A DNA stretch of 64,000 bases from Macrostomum lignano (Eukaryota). The notes under the pieces are model-generated. The model was not told the DNA's origin, ran no database searches, and saw only the letters and a list, made by a program, of their open reading frames with translations. How positions within the stretch are numbered: the first letter of the stretch is position 1; each line of letters begins with the position of its first letter. Below, one piece after another: positions 49,301 through 63,305 of the stretch. Both the position numbers and the translations under genes were made by a program. The stretch lies in assembly GCA_002269645.1 (NCBI GenBank), contig NIVC01000358.1, forward strand, positions 50,732 to 114,731, written 5' to 3'.

Positions 49301-51117
49301 TAGATCCCCATAATCTCAAACAATTGGGATTTAGATCCCCATAATATCAATAATTGGGATTCAGATCCCCATAATCTCAACAATTGGGATTTAGATCCCC
49401 ATAATCTCAAACAATTGGGATTTAGATCCCCATAATATCAATAATTGGGATTCAGATCCCCATAATCTCAACAATTGGGATTTAGATCCCCATAATCTCA
49501 AACAATTGGGATTTAGATCCCCATAATCTCAAACAATTGGGATTTAGATCCCCATAATCTCAACAATTGGGATTTAGATCCCCATAATCTCAACAATTGG
49601 GATTTAGATCCCCATAATCTCAAACAATTGGGATTTAGATCCCCATAATATCAATAATTGGGATTCAGATCCCCATAATCTCAACAATTGGGATTTAGAT
49701 CCCCATTTTCTCAACAATTGGGATTCAGATCCCCATTTTCTCAACAATTGGGATTTAGATCCCCATAATCTCAAACAATTGGGATTTAGATCCCCATGCC
49801 ATAATCTCAAACAATTGGGATTTAGATCCCCATAATCTCAAACAATTGGGATTCAGATCCCCATATTGTCAACAATTGGGATTCAGATCCCCATAATGTC
49901 AAACAATTGGGATTCAGATCCTATACTGACTGCAAAGATTCAAAATCTCCCCTTCACAATGGGGATAAATATCCCACTTTCCTATATTTTTTCCGTCGCA
50001 GACCCGTCGGTTGTGTGGGGCCTTGGCATGGGCATCGGCCTGACGCTTTCAATCGCAGTGTTCATCATCTGCGGCTTCGTCGAGATGCCGGAGCGCAAAA
50101 GGCCCGAGTGCATGCGACGGAGAGAGCACCAACCTGGGGGCTGCCTGGGCAGGTGCGGGGCCAAGAACAAGGTGCAGCAGCAGACACCCGAGGACGCTTT
50201 CATGGCCATGATGAAAAGGATGACCGCTGGGAAATCCCTGCAGTGGTGAGGAAAATGAATTTTATATCCTGTCTATCAGGTTACATTATCCATGTCTAAC
50301 AGGTTACATTATCCATGTCTAACAGGTTACATTATCCATGTCTAACAGGTTACATTATCCATGTCTAACAAGTTACATTATCCATGTCTAACAGGTTACA
50401 TTATCCATGTCTAACAGGTTACATTATCCATGTCTAACAGGTTACATTATCCGTGTCTAACAGGTTACATTATCCGTGTCTAACAGGTTACATTATCCAT
50501 GTCGAACAGTTCAAGGGGCCGGAAGATAAGCACTGTAGGATAAGCGCTGTAGGATAAGCGCCACAGGATAAGCGACACAGGATAAGCGACACAGGATAAG
50601 CGACACAGGATAAGCGACACAGGATAAGCGACACAGGATAAGCGCCACAGGATAAGCGCTGTAGGATAAGCGCCACAGGATAAGCGACACAGGATAAGCG
50701 ACACAGGATAAGCGACACAGGATAAGCGACACAGGATAAGCGCCACAGGATAAGCGCTGTAGGATAAGCGCCACAGGATAAGCGACACAGGATAAGCGAC
50801 ACAGGATAAGCGCCAAACTGTATTCCGAACAACCGCAACCCTCGCGCAGGGAGGGCGCAGATTCGGACGAGTCCACCACTCGAAGCAGCAGTCGCGCCGA
50901 CGTCTCCCGCCGGAGCTCCGTGTCGGTCGGCAGCGCCCTCGGCAGCCGACGCTCTTCGGTGTACGCGCCAACCTACGGCAACACGCTTAGCCCGAATTAT
51001 TCAGCGCCAAGACCGGCGGCGTCGCCGACGACGGCGGCTGCCAACGCAGCGCCGCAGACGGAGCAGAAACCGCCGGGACCGGTGACCTTGGCCGTGCCGA
51101 AAGTGAGCTCAACTTGA
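46376..51117 (+). CDS. Type I membrane protein: signal peptide-CUB-LDLa-TM-cytoplasmic tail (MIG-13/LRP12/NETO-like architecture). Exons 46376-46427, 47390-47664, 48006-48153, 48811-about 48944, 50002-50245, 50850-51117.
   Basis: Signal MVVRSAFVCLVILSLSIVTMTTAASA. CUB: CGG..LTSPNYPSNYDRNQRCIW..CRDYLQITDG..VKFQSN..GAGFQM. LDLa: CPNKECVYQGSLCDNINDCG..DETKC. TM: VVWGLGMGIGLTLSIAVFIIC. The exon 4/5 phase needs one extra G. Confidence 0.85.
46490..47346. repeat. Intronic minisatellite, 22-bp unit CACCTGTTAGACACACGGCCAT
   Basis: Tandem array in intron 1. Confidence 0.95.
48200..48740. repeat. Intronic minisatellite, about 31-bp unit AAATCCCATTACCTATCCCCAATTAGGATC(A/G)
   Basis: Degenerate tandem array in intron 3. 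Confidence 0.9.
48985..49922. repeat. Intronic minisatellite, 30-31-bp unit GGGATTTAGATCCCCATAATCTCAAACAATT
   Basis: Tandem array in intron 4. Confidence 0.95.
50272..50500. repeat. Intronic minisatellite, 23-bp unit CTAACAGGTTACATTATCCATGT
   Basis: Tandem array in intron 5. Confidence 0.95.
50525..50815. repeat. Intronic minisatellite, 14-bp unit AGGATAAGCGACAC
   Basis: Second array in intron 5. Confidence 0.95.
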
Positions 51118-51209
51118 GCTACTGGTGCTCAGCTGAGCAGCCTTGCTTTTGTTTTATTTGTAGATTATTTGTTGAATATTAATAAAAATAGTAGTCTTTG
51201 TTTGAGTAT

Positions 51210-51680
51210 AGATGTCTTTGAGTACATGTGTCTTTGTCTGAGTACAGGTGTCTTTGTCTGAGTACAGGTGTCTGTTTGAGTACAGGTGTCTTTGTTTGAG
51301 TGCAGGTGTCTCTGTTTGAGTACATGTGTCTTTGTCTGAGTACAGGTGTCTTTGTTTGAGTACAGGTGTCTTTGTTTGAGTACAGGTGTCTTTTTTTGAG
51401 TACAGGTGTCTTTTTTTGAGTACAGGTGTCTTTGTTTGAGTACAGGTGTCTTTGTTTGAGTACAGGTGTCTTTGTTTGAGTACATGTGTCTTTGTTTGAG
51501 TACAGGTGTCTTTGTTTGAGTACAGGTGTATTTGTTTGAGTGCAGGTGTCTTTGTCTGAGTACAGGTGTCTTTGTTTGAGTACAGGTGTCTTTGTTTGAG
51601 TACAGGTGTCTTTGTTTGAGTACAGGTGTCTTTGTTTGAGTACAGGTGTCTTTGTCTGAGTACACGTGTCTTTATTTGAG
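51210..51680. repeat. Minisatellite, 20-bp unit TTTGTTTGAGTACAGGTGTC
   Basis: Tandem array just 3' of the stop codon. Confidence 0.95.
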
Positions 51681-52184
51681 TTTTCAAGTTTTCAAGTTTC
51701 ACTTTCAAGTTTTTATTACTCTTGAAAATCGACAGACTTCAACCCTATTTCTATTTTCAATCAACACTTCTTAAATGCTTTTTTGAAGCTTAAACTATAC
51801 ATTTAAGCTGTTACGTAGCTTAGTGAAAAAGCTGTTTTTCTGTACACAAGAGAGAATTTGTCTACCTGCAAAATACCTATCTTACATAAAGAGAGCTTCT
51901 GGATTGACTAAATGATTTGTTTTTCATATTAAAAAGTGAAGTGATTTTTTACCTGTCATTTTTTATTTCAAGCACTTCATAGGCTTATGGTGGCATAAGT
52001 AGACCAAGACAACCCAACTTACATACATCGAGATATTATTCGCAACCTATCTAGAGACTTTCTTACACATCTAGAGACCATTAATCTAGATCTAGAGAAC
52101 TGGACAATTACCTAAATGCTCTAGAACCAATCTACAAGACCCTCCTCGAGCACCCCAGGAAATTAACAGTCACTGATCTAGAGA

Positions 52185-52300
52185 CCCTGTCACTGATTTA
52201 CAGACCCTGTCACTGATTTACAGACCCTGTCACTGATTTACAGACCCTGTCACTGATTTACAGACCATGTCACTGATTTACAGACCCTATCACTGATCTA
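52185..52300. repeat. Minisatellite, 20-bp unit CAGACCCTGTCACTGATTTA
   Basis: About 5-6 tandem copies. Confidence 0.9.
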
Positions 52301-53004
52301 TAGACATCTCGAGACCCTAGCAACATTTCGCTCGTATATACCATGATTGCTTTCACAAAGCAATATCTTGGCCTCTGTCAACAGAAAGCCAGATGCAGGA
52401 AAGTCTTCCTTCCACTAATTGGCGCAACTGTGTTCAGCGCTATGCCAAAAATAGACAGACAGATGGCCCTCCTGTCAACGGCAAAAGAGAAAAAGTATAA
52501 TTCATAACTGATGGGTCCGCTGCAGTTGCAGTTTCTTTTTTGCAAAAGAAACCGAAAGTGTGTAACAAAAAAACAGTCGGTCACGGGAAGCTAAAAGTAC
52601 ACAGGGCAGTAACCTCTGCAGAACAGCTGTCCTAGAGTGAAGGTCGGTTAGATCCTAATCGCGCCTTCTGCCAGCAAAGAACAGAAAATCTTCTTTTCGA
52701 AGAAACTGTCGATCAACCAGAAAAGCTCCTGTCTCCTGGAGTCTGTTGGCGGGCTGCTTTGGTTAGAAGAAATACTCACTTGGTAAAGACAGTCCGTCTC
52801 TCTCGGGATTAAAGTGAGTTACTCGTAGTGGGTAGCCAGTCCAGCCTATCGATTTATCTGCCACTGGCTGGTCTGGCTTCAAATAATTCTCCCGGGATGC
52901 CTGCCAACCAACTGCCGAGCGACAGATTTCCAGATGTCTACCAGTGAGACTCTCGTGTTAAAAAATCAAAGTCCAGGGTGTTTTAGCAAGTCAAGTCAAG
53001 TCCT

Positions 53005-53065
53005 AACTAACTTACTAACTGACTGACTAACTGACTGACTAACTAACTGACTGACTGACTGACTG

Positions 53066-53096
<31 letters not shown>

Positions 53097-53101
53097 GACT
53101 G

Positions 53102-53136
<35 letters not shown>

Positions 53137-53406
53137 GACTAACTAACTGACTGACTGACTGACTAACTAACTAACTAACTGACTAACTAACTAACTGACT
53201 GACTAACTAACTAACTGACTAACTAACTAACTAACTGACTAACTGACTGACTAACTAACTGACTGACTAACTGACTGACTAACTGACTGAACTAACTAAC
53301 TAACTAACTGACTAACTGACTGACTAACTGACTAACTGACTGACTAACTAACTGACTAACTGACTGACTAACTAACTGACTGACTAACTGACTGACTAAC
53401 TGACTG

Positions 53407-53437
<31 letters not shown>

Positions 53438-53442
53438 GACTG

Positions 53443-53477
<35 letters not shown>

Positions 53478-54258
53478 GACTGACTGACTGACTAACTAAC
53501 TAACTAACTGACTAACTAACTAACTAACTGACTAACTGACTGACTAACTAACTGACTGACTAACTGACTGACTAACTGACTGAACTAACTAACTGACTGA
53601 CTAACTAACTAACTGACTAACTAACTAACTAACTGACTAACTGACTGACTAACTAACTGACTGACTAACTGACTGACTAACTGACTGAACTAACTAACTA
53701 ACTAACTGACTAACTGACTGACTAACTGACTAACTGACTGACTAACTAACTGACTGACTAACTGACTGACTAACTGACTGAACTAACTAACTAACTAACT
53801 GACTAACTGACTGACTAACTGACTAACTGACTGACTAACTGACTAACTAACTAACTGACTAACTGACTGACTAACTAACTGACTGACTAACTGACTGACT
53901 AACTGACTGAACTAACTAACTGACTGACTAACTAACTAACTAACTGACTAACTAACTAACTGACTGACTGACTGACTAACTGACTGACTGACTAACTAAC
54001 TGACTGACTGACTGACTAACTAACTAACTAACTAACTGACTAACTAACTAACTGACTAACTAACTAACTAACTGACTGACTGACTGACTAACTGACTGAC
54101 TGACTGACTAACTAACTGACTGACTGACTAACTAACCAACTAACTGACTAACTGACTGACTAACTAACTGACTAACTGACTAACTAACTAACTAACTAAC
54201 TGACTGACTAACTAACTGACTAACTGACTAACTAACTAACCAACTAACTAACTGACTG

Positions 54259-54301
<43 letters not shown>

Positions 54302-54495
54302 CACTAACTAACTCACTAACTGACTAACTGACTGACTAACTAACTGACTAACTGACTAACTAACTAACTAACTAACTGACTGACTAACTAACTGACTAAG
54401 TGACTAACTAACTAACCAACTAACTAACTGACTGACTAACTAACTAACTAACTAACTAACCAACTAACTAACTGACTGACTAACTAACAAATTAA
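53005..54495. repeat. Compound tetranucleotide microsatellite (ACTA/ACTG)n, about 1.5 kb
   Basis: Direct. Confidence 0.97.
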
Positions 54496-55853
54496 CTCAC
54501 TTAGTTACTAGCACACTGTGAAAATTAACTTTTAATTAAATGTGCACTTCTCAATAAAGATTGTTCAGAAAAATAAACAAACCACCTGTCTGTCTCCCTC
54601 TCCATCGTGAGACTGGGTTCTGCCGCTCAATTGGTGTGGGAAAAATTCAGTGGATCAATAACTCTTGAATAAGCAAACAGAATCCCGTAGTGTAAACCCT
54701 TTATTAGCATCGATTCTCAATGCCCAGGGAGTCAACTGATTAGGAAGATTGCCATAGCAGTGGCATTGCCAAATTCCGCTTGTAATCAGTTTAAAATCGA
54801 CATTCTGTAATAATATTGTGTAAAACTTTGATGCATAGTACATAGCTCGTATTACGTAAATATTATACTATAGTGCATAGTAGCAGAGCAGTAGACTTGC
54901 TCGCAAATTGTGTTGTTGGAAACAGAACGAGGTCAGACGGGAGAGAGTGAAGGCGAGGGAGAGGATCGAGAAGGGAGAGAGAGTTAAGGAGCGGGGAGTG
55001 AGTGAGAGGCGAAGGCAGCTGCTGCCTCTGCTGGGTAGTTTCTGGACCTTGGCCAATAAAATCGAAGCCCCACATGGCCAGCCAGAGCCTCAATCCCCAG
55101 GCTTCCCACCCAAAGATCCGCTGATCCCGAATGCTTGGCCCTCTCGGTTTCGTTCGCCTCCGTTTCTAACTCTCGTCCTCTCTTTCTCCCCCTTCTATTT
55201 CCCCTCTCACTTCAGTCTCGGCCAGTCTTAAAGCTCTGTTGTTCAAAATTGTTCAATCCTTTACAGTTGGGGAACCTCGTCCCCCCAGTTAAGTCCCTCA
55301 ACTCCCCTCTCTACTCCCGTTGCTTCTTAGCCAAGGGTTAAGAAATAGGACACCAAAAACATCCGAGGCAAAACTTAAACTTCACTTGTTTTTGTTCGAC
55401 CAGATCGGAAAGGTAAGGCGAATCATGGCTGATGGATTTCTGGCTTGTAGATGATGTAGGTGATAATGATTCTTTTGGGCCAAGCCCCAAGGCAGAGACC
55501 TTTTTATAGGAACCCGATTTTTATTACTTTAATTAGTCATCTGACTTTTATTACTTTATTAGTTATCTGACTTTTATTAGTGACCCGAATTTTATCAGGT
55601 ACCCGAATTTTATTACTTAATTTGGCACCTGAAGTATTCTAACTTTCATCGAAGCTCATCAAAAGTTCATCGAATCTAAACAGGTTCTAAAATCAATTAT
55701 CAATCATTGCGTCAATTAATGCGTTTATTGGAGTTGAACGTTCCAAAACGCTTCTCAAAATAGGATATACAAGAGATGGTGTATCAGGGTTTTTGCACGC
55801 AGTAGCGATTCTCACTGTCTCCTCTCTGGATTTCAACAGTCAGTCGGAGAGCC

Positions 55854-56591
55854 ATGCCGGGCTACGACGCTCTGAACACACAGACAGCCCCAAGCAAGTC
55901 GGTGTTCGACAGTCAGCAACTGTCCAGACCGGCTGCCTACCGGCACTGCGGCCGCGCCAGCCTCATTATCGGGATTGTCTGCATCCTGGCAGAGGTGTCC
56001 GTGTTCGTGCTCAAACGCGGCCTCACCACACTGGGCGTGGGCATCTGGACTGGGGCGACATTTGTAATGTTCGGCGCAGCGAGCATGGCAGTGCCTAAAA
56101 CTCGGAGCGTCTGCAGCGTCAACACCTGCTTCGCCATGGCCCTGTGCTCCATGGCCATCTGCGTACTCGGCGTCCTGGCCTGCATAGTCCACATCCTGAT
56201 GCTGCACTCCATCCTGCAGTACAATTACACTCCACGGCCGAATTTTGAGCTGACCTGTGAAATCTGCGGCCTGGCAATCATCATGAAGGAAGTTGGTCAG
56301 GTGGTGTTGCTGCTGGCTCAGTTCCTCGTCTCCATGGCGCTGCTGTACTTCGCTTACACCGACTGCTTGTGCTGCCGGGCCACCGAGACTGAGGTCATCA
56401 TGCAGGGCGGCTCGGGCCCGGCAAAACCTGCAGCTGCCCCTGCGGTCCCGGATTCGATCGCTGTGAACATGCAGGCCATGCAGGGCTCGACGAATCATCA
56501 GTCCAGCCAGGGTGGCAACGTGTTCTCTCAGCTGGCCTCGGCCAGAATCGGCGGAGCCAGCGCCTCCGGCCCCATGCTGTACGAACTCTGA
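55854..56591 (+). CDS. Intronless four-pass membrane protein, MS4A/CD20-like (245 aa)
   Basis: Four hydrophobic segments and an LGVGIWTGATFVMFG motif typical of CD20-like proteins. GC-rich coding composition. Confidence 0.75.
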   Translation: MPGYDALNTQTAPSKSVFDSQQLSRPAAYRHCGRASLIIGIVCILAEVSVFVLKRGLTTLGVGIWTGATFVMFGAASMAVPKTRSVCSVNTCFAMALCSMAICVLGVLACIVHILMLHSILQYNYTPRPNFELTCEICGLAIIMKEVGQVVLLLAQFLVSMALLYFAYTDCLCCRATETEVIMQGGSGPAKPAAAPAVPDSIAVNMQAMQGSTNHQSSQGGNVFSQLASARIGGASASGPMLYEL

Positions 56592-57104
56592 TGCGAATTT
56601 TCTGAGCTGAATTCGTGTTTTACTGCTGTTAATTATTAGTTAATAACTGAAATGCATTGTACATACGTATACGACTCTAGTGGATCGTATTTTTTAAGAT
56701 CAGTACCTTCTTAAATGCAAATCTGAACTCTAAATTGAACTTGAAGAATGGCAATTTTTAAGAAGAAAGAATTTTTAAAGCTAATTTTCTTGTTGTTTTT
56801 CTTCTTGTTACAAAAATAATCTATTTTTATTTTTTATTCACCCCAGACATCTCTTAGCACACGACTGTTCTTGCCCAACTAATTGCTTCTAAAAAGATTT
56901 TTGCACTATCTCTTCAACTAAGCGTTTTTACGCGTAGTTGTCATGTCATACACGCACAATAAAACACAGGAGCAGAGGAGAACCTTAAGTAATTTCTGCG
57001 TGTTTTGTTTTAACTTTATTTCGAAGTGAGTCGTTTGTTTTTTTGATTGGTTTATTTAGAAGGAGGAGTATGAGACTGTAAGACAACGAGAGTCTAACAG
57101 AGGC

Positions 57105-60100
57105 TATTAAAGAGTCAGACACTGCATGAGAAATTATGAGAGAGTCAGACATTGCTTGAGAAATGACGAGAGAGTCAGACACTGCTTGAAAATGACGAGA
57201 GAGTCAGACACTGCTTGAGAAATGACGAGAGAGTCAGACACTGCTTGAGAAATGACGAGAGAGTCAGATACTGCTTGAGAAATGACGAGAGAGTCAGACA
57301 CTGCTTGAGAGATGACGAGAGAGTCAGACACTGCTTGAGAGATGACCAGAGAGTCAGACACTGCTTGAGAGATGACCAGAGAGTCAGACACTGCTTGAGA
57401 GATGACGAGAGAGTCAGACACTGCTTGAGAAATGACCAGAGAGTCAGACACTGCATGAGAAATGATGAGAGAGTCAGAAACTGCTTGAGAGATGACCAGA
57501 GAGTCAGACACTGCATGAGAAATGACCAGAGAGTCAGACACTGCATGAGAAATGACGAGAGAGTCAGACACTGCATGAGAAATGATGAGAGAGTCAGAAA
57601 CTGCTTGAGAGATGACGAGAGAGTCAGAACTGCTTGAGAGATGACCAGAGAGTCAGACACTGCATGAGAAATGACCAGAGAGTCAGACACTGCTTGAGAA
57701 ATGACCAGAGAGTCAGACACTGCATGAGAAATGACCAGAGAGTCAGACACTGTTTGAGAAATGATGAGAGAGTCAGACACTGCATGAGAAATGATGAGAG
57801 AGTTACGCACTGCTTGAGAAATGATGAGAGAGTCAGACACTGCATGAGAAATGACGAGAGAGTCAGACACTGCATGAGAAATAATGAGAGAGTCAGAAAC
57901 TGCTTGAGAAATGATGAGAGAGTCACACACTGCTTGATAAATGACGAGAGAGTCAGACACTGCATAAGAAATTATGAGAGAGTTACACACTGCATGAGAA
58001 ATGATGAGAGAGTCAGACACTGCTCGAGAAATGATGAGAGAGTCAGACACTGCTTGAGAGATGACCAGAGAGTCAGACACTGCTTGAGAGATGACCAGAG
58101 AGTCAGACACTGCTTGAGAGATGACCAGAGAGTCAGACACTGCTTGAGAGATGACCAGAGAGTCAGACACTGCTTGAGAGATGACCAGAGAGTCAGACAC
58201 TGCTTGAGAGATGACCAGAGAGTCAGACACTGCTTGAGAGATGACCAGAGAGTCAGACACTGCTTGAGAAATGACCAGAGAGTCAGACACTGCATGAGAA
58301 ATGATGAGAGAGTCAGAAACTGCTTGAGAGATGACCAGAGAGTCAGACACTGCTTGAGAGATGACCAGAGAGTCAGACATTGCTTGAGAGATGACCAGAG
58401 AGTCAGACACTGCATGAGAAATGACCAGAGAGTCAGACACTGCATGAGAAATGACGAGAGAGTCAGACACTGCATGAGAAATGATGAGAGAGTCAGAAAC
58501 TGCTTGAGAGATGACGAGAGAGTCAGACACTGCTTGAGAAATGACGAGAGAGTCAGACACTGCATGAGAAATGACCAGAGAGTCAGACACTGCTTGAGAA
58601 ATGACCAGAGAGTCAGACACTGCATGAGAAATGACCAGAGAGTCAGACACTGTTTGAGAAATGATGAGAGAGTCAGACACTGCTTGAGAAATGACCAGAG
58701 AGTCAGACACTGCATGAGAAATGATGAGAGAGTCAGACACTGCTCGAGAAATGATGAGAGAGTCAGACACTGCTTGAGAGATGACCAGAGAGTCAGACAC
58801 TGCATAAGAAATTATGAGAGAGTTACACACTGCATGAGAAATGATGAGAGAGTCAGACACTGCTCGAGAAATGATGAGAGAGTCAGACACTGCTTGAGAG
58901 ATGACCAGAGAGTCAGACACTGCTTGAGAGATGACCAGAGAGTCAGACACTGCTTGAGAGATGACCAGAGAGTCAGACACTGCTTGAGAGATGACCAGAG
59001 AGTCAGACACTGCTTGAGAGATGACCAGAGAGTCAGACACTGCTTGAGAGATGACCAGAGAGTCAGACACTGCTTGAGAGATGACCAGAGAGTCAGACAC
59101 TGCTTGAGAAATGACCAGAGAGTCAGACACTGCATGAGAAATGATGAGAGAGTCAGAAACTGCTTGAGAGATGACCAGAGAGTCAGACACTGCTTGAGAG
59201 ATGACCAGAGAGTCAGACATTGCTTGAGAGATGACCAGAGAGTCAGACACTGCATGAGAAATGACCAGAGAGTCAGACACTGCATGAGAAATGACGAGAG
59301 AGTCAGACACTGCATGAGAAATGACCAGAGAGTCAGACACTGCATGAGAAATGACCAGAGAGTCAGACACTGTTTGAGAAATGATGAGAGAGTCAGACAC
59401 TGCTTGAGAAATGACCAGAGAGTCAGACACTGCATGAGAAATGATGAGAGAGTCAGACACTGCTCGAGAAATGATGAGAGAGTCAGACACTGCTTGAGAG
59501 ATGACCAGAGAGTCAGACACTGCTTGAGAGATGACCAGAGAGTCAGACACTGCTTGAGAGATGACCAGAGAGTCAGACACTGCTTGAGAGATGACCAGAG
59601 AGTCAGACACTGCTTGAGAGATGACCAGAGAGTCAGACACTGCTTGAGAGATGACCAGAGAGTCAGACACTGCTTGAGAGATGACCAGAGAGTCAGACAC
59701 TGCTTGAGAGATGACCAGAGAGTCAGACACTGCTTGAGAGATGACCAGAGAGTCAGACACTGCTTGAGAGATGACCAGAGAGTCAGACACTGCTTGAGAA
59801 ATGACCAGAGAGTCAGACACTGCATGAGAAATGATGAGAGAGTCAGAAACTGCTTGAGAGATGACCAGAGAGTCAGACACTGCTTGAGAGATGACCAGAG
59901 AGTCAGACATTGCTTGAGAGATGACCAGAGAGTCAGACACTGCATGAGAAATGACCAGAGAGTCAGACACTGCATGAGAAATGACGAGAGAGTCAGACAC
60001 TGCATGAGAAATGATGAGAGAGTCAGAAACTGCTTGAGAGATGACGAGAGAGTCAGACACTGCATGAGAAATGACCAGAGAGTCAGACACTGCTTGAGAA

Positions 60101-60718
60101 ATGACCAGAGAGTCAGACACTGCTTGAGAAATGACCAGAGAGTCAGACACTGCATGAGAAATGACCAGAGAGTCAGACACTGTTTGAGAAATGATGAGAG
60201 AGTCAGACGCTGCTTGAGAAATGACCAGAGAGTCAGACACTGCATGAGAAATGATGAGAGAGTCAGACACTGCTCGAGAAATGATGAGAGAGTCAGACAC
60301 TGCTTGAGAGATGACCAGAGAGTCAGACACTGCTTGAGAGATGACCAGAGAGTCAGACACTGCTTGAGAGATGACCAGAGAGTCAGACACTGCTTGAGAG
60401 ATGACCAGAGAGTCAGACACTGCTTGAGAGATGACCAGAGAGTCAGACACTGCTTGAGAGATGACCAGAGAGTCAGACACTGCTTGAGAGATGACCAGAG
60501 AGTCAGACACTGCTTGAGAAATGACCAGAGAGTCAGACACTGCTTGAGAGATGACCAGAGAGTCAGACACTGCTTGAGAGATGACGAGAGAGTCAGACAC
60601 TGCTTGAGAGATGACCAGAGAGTCAGACACTGCTTGAGAGATGACGAGAGAGTCACCACTGCTTGAGAGATGACGAGAGAGTCAGACACTGCTTGAGAGA
60701 TGACCAGAGAGTCAGACC
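57105..60718. repeat. Satellite array of 3.6 kb, 30-bp unit GAGAGTCAGACACTGCTTGAGAGATGACCA
   Basis: About 120 tandem copies with recurrent variant units. Confidence 0.97.
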
Positions 60719-62438
60719 CGGTTCTGCAAGGAAACTGTTAAAGCACAGAAATATACAAAAATTAAAATAAATCCACCAGATTCATAATTATAATTGCAAC
60801 AAGAGAATTTTATAAATATTTTATGTGCTTTCTCTGCGACTTTTTTAGCAGAAAAGAAGTTATTGAAGCATTTTCTATTCACAAGCAGTTCGTGCAAAGC
60901 AAAACACTTCACAATACAGAAAATTGTTAAATTATTTATGGAAAATGACAGAACAGAAAAGTCGAGATGCGGGTTGCATAATAAAACTGGCGAGGCACAA
61001 TGGGACACTTCATAATACAAAGTTGCAAGCAATCACATTTTAGCCGACTTGCAATTGTACACTAAAAGCGACAGAGACACGAAACAATTGTTTTTAGTTT
61101 CTTAATAGATGAGAAAGCATATCGATCTTTTACTTTTTTGGTGCTCTTTAGAATAGATATTCTCTATTTACTGTCTTTTTAACTACTGTTAATCAGTAGT
61201 GTAAGCGAATGTTTCAGGGCTGGCTCTTTTTTTTATTTTCATTATCAAAATATGCAATCTCAAGGGCCAACTCGTGTGTTTGAAAATTGACTTATCGAAG
61301 GAAATTCAGGTAAAGTATCGGCGTAGAAACACGGAACAGTAATTATATTGGGTGACAGACGAAACCGGTACATTGTAATTCATCAAGATTACACGAAATT
61401 TAACTCGATTATCATTTTAACTCAGAAACGTCTGCAGTTACCATAGAAAAGTGTTTTAAAAACATTAGGTGTAGTTAAAACTCGTGGGCGTTAATTGTTT
61501 TGTTATAGTGCGTGTTGCAGACTATAGATTTTTGAAAACGCGACAATATTAAACAAAAAAATCTAGCTGGTGATTTGCCAATGAAGCTTGTTGAGTTACT
61601 CGACGTAAGTTGTATTAAATATGTGCTCGCAAAATTCATAGCGCTTACTACTCTCGCAGAAGTGTACTTTTCACAGGTATAAAATGCAGGTATGCGATAC
61701 AGGACCTTACCGAAACACACACATATATATGGAATATACGCTCGTAACTCAGTGTGGATTATAACAAATTGATACGTTATTACAATGGAAATAGAAGCAG
61801 ATTCACGCAATGTAAAAGCAAATTTAGAAATTTCTAATTTATGTTAAAAAATAAAAATTCACTTCGTCGTCAATGACACAGTCAGTTAAAATCAATTGCT
61901 ACACACAATAATAGCCAAACGATGTCAAAACTATATTTTTTCTTTAACCACATTATACATTTATTTGCTCACAGGGCTCCTCACAGTGACACTCAAATTT
62001 TCGGCTTCTGCAAAGTTTATGTCGATGTCCGAAATTATACCTGTTGCATATTTCCGCCACGTGTATGCATGTAGCTAAACAGAAATTGTAAATGTCTATG
62101 GCCATTCTGTCTCCTCATTTGCCAGGTTAGGACCATAGACAACTTTTAAGGATTCTAATTATAGGCCTAGATTCACCGTCAATTGAGTCAAGCCTTTTGG
62201 GAGATAATCGATTTCGTACAAACAAACAAACAAACCATTTTTAGTATATGGATGCTGCATATCGTTGTGAATGGGACGTAACTTCCAGTGAGTGAAACGA
62301 GTATGAGAGCGTGTTTAAGTTTGGCTACGAAAAGTCCAACTCCTTTGTGAAACTAGAGACTGCAGAATTTCACTCATTGAATAAGAGTTTTTAGTGCTTG
62401 CAAGAGTGTTATATATGTTGCCGCAATGAAGGACTCAC

Positions 62439-63305
<867 letters not shown>

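Noticed and set aside
52340-55240. Possible minus-strand exons (e.g. 52951-52780, open frame with GTGAGT donor)
   Set aside because: I could not join them to neighbouring segments in compatible phase without stops, and no domain was recognised.
57134-60689. ORFs of 1151, 1010 and 625 aa
   Set aside because: They are translations of the 30-bp satellite, with no unique sequence, start context or domain.
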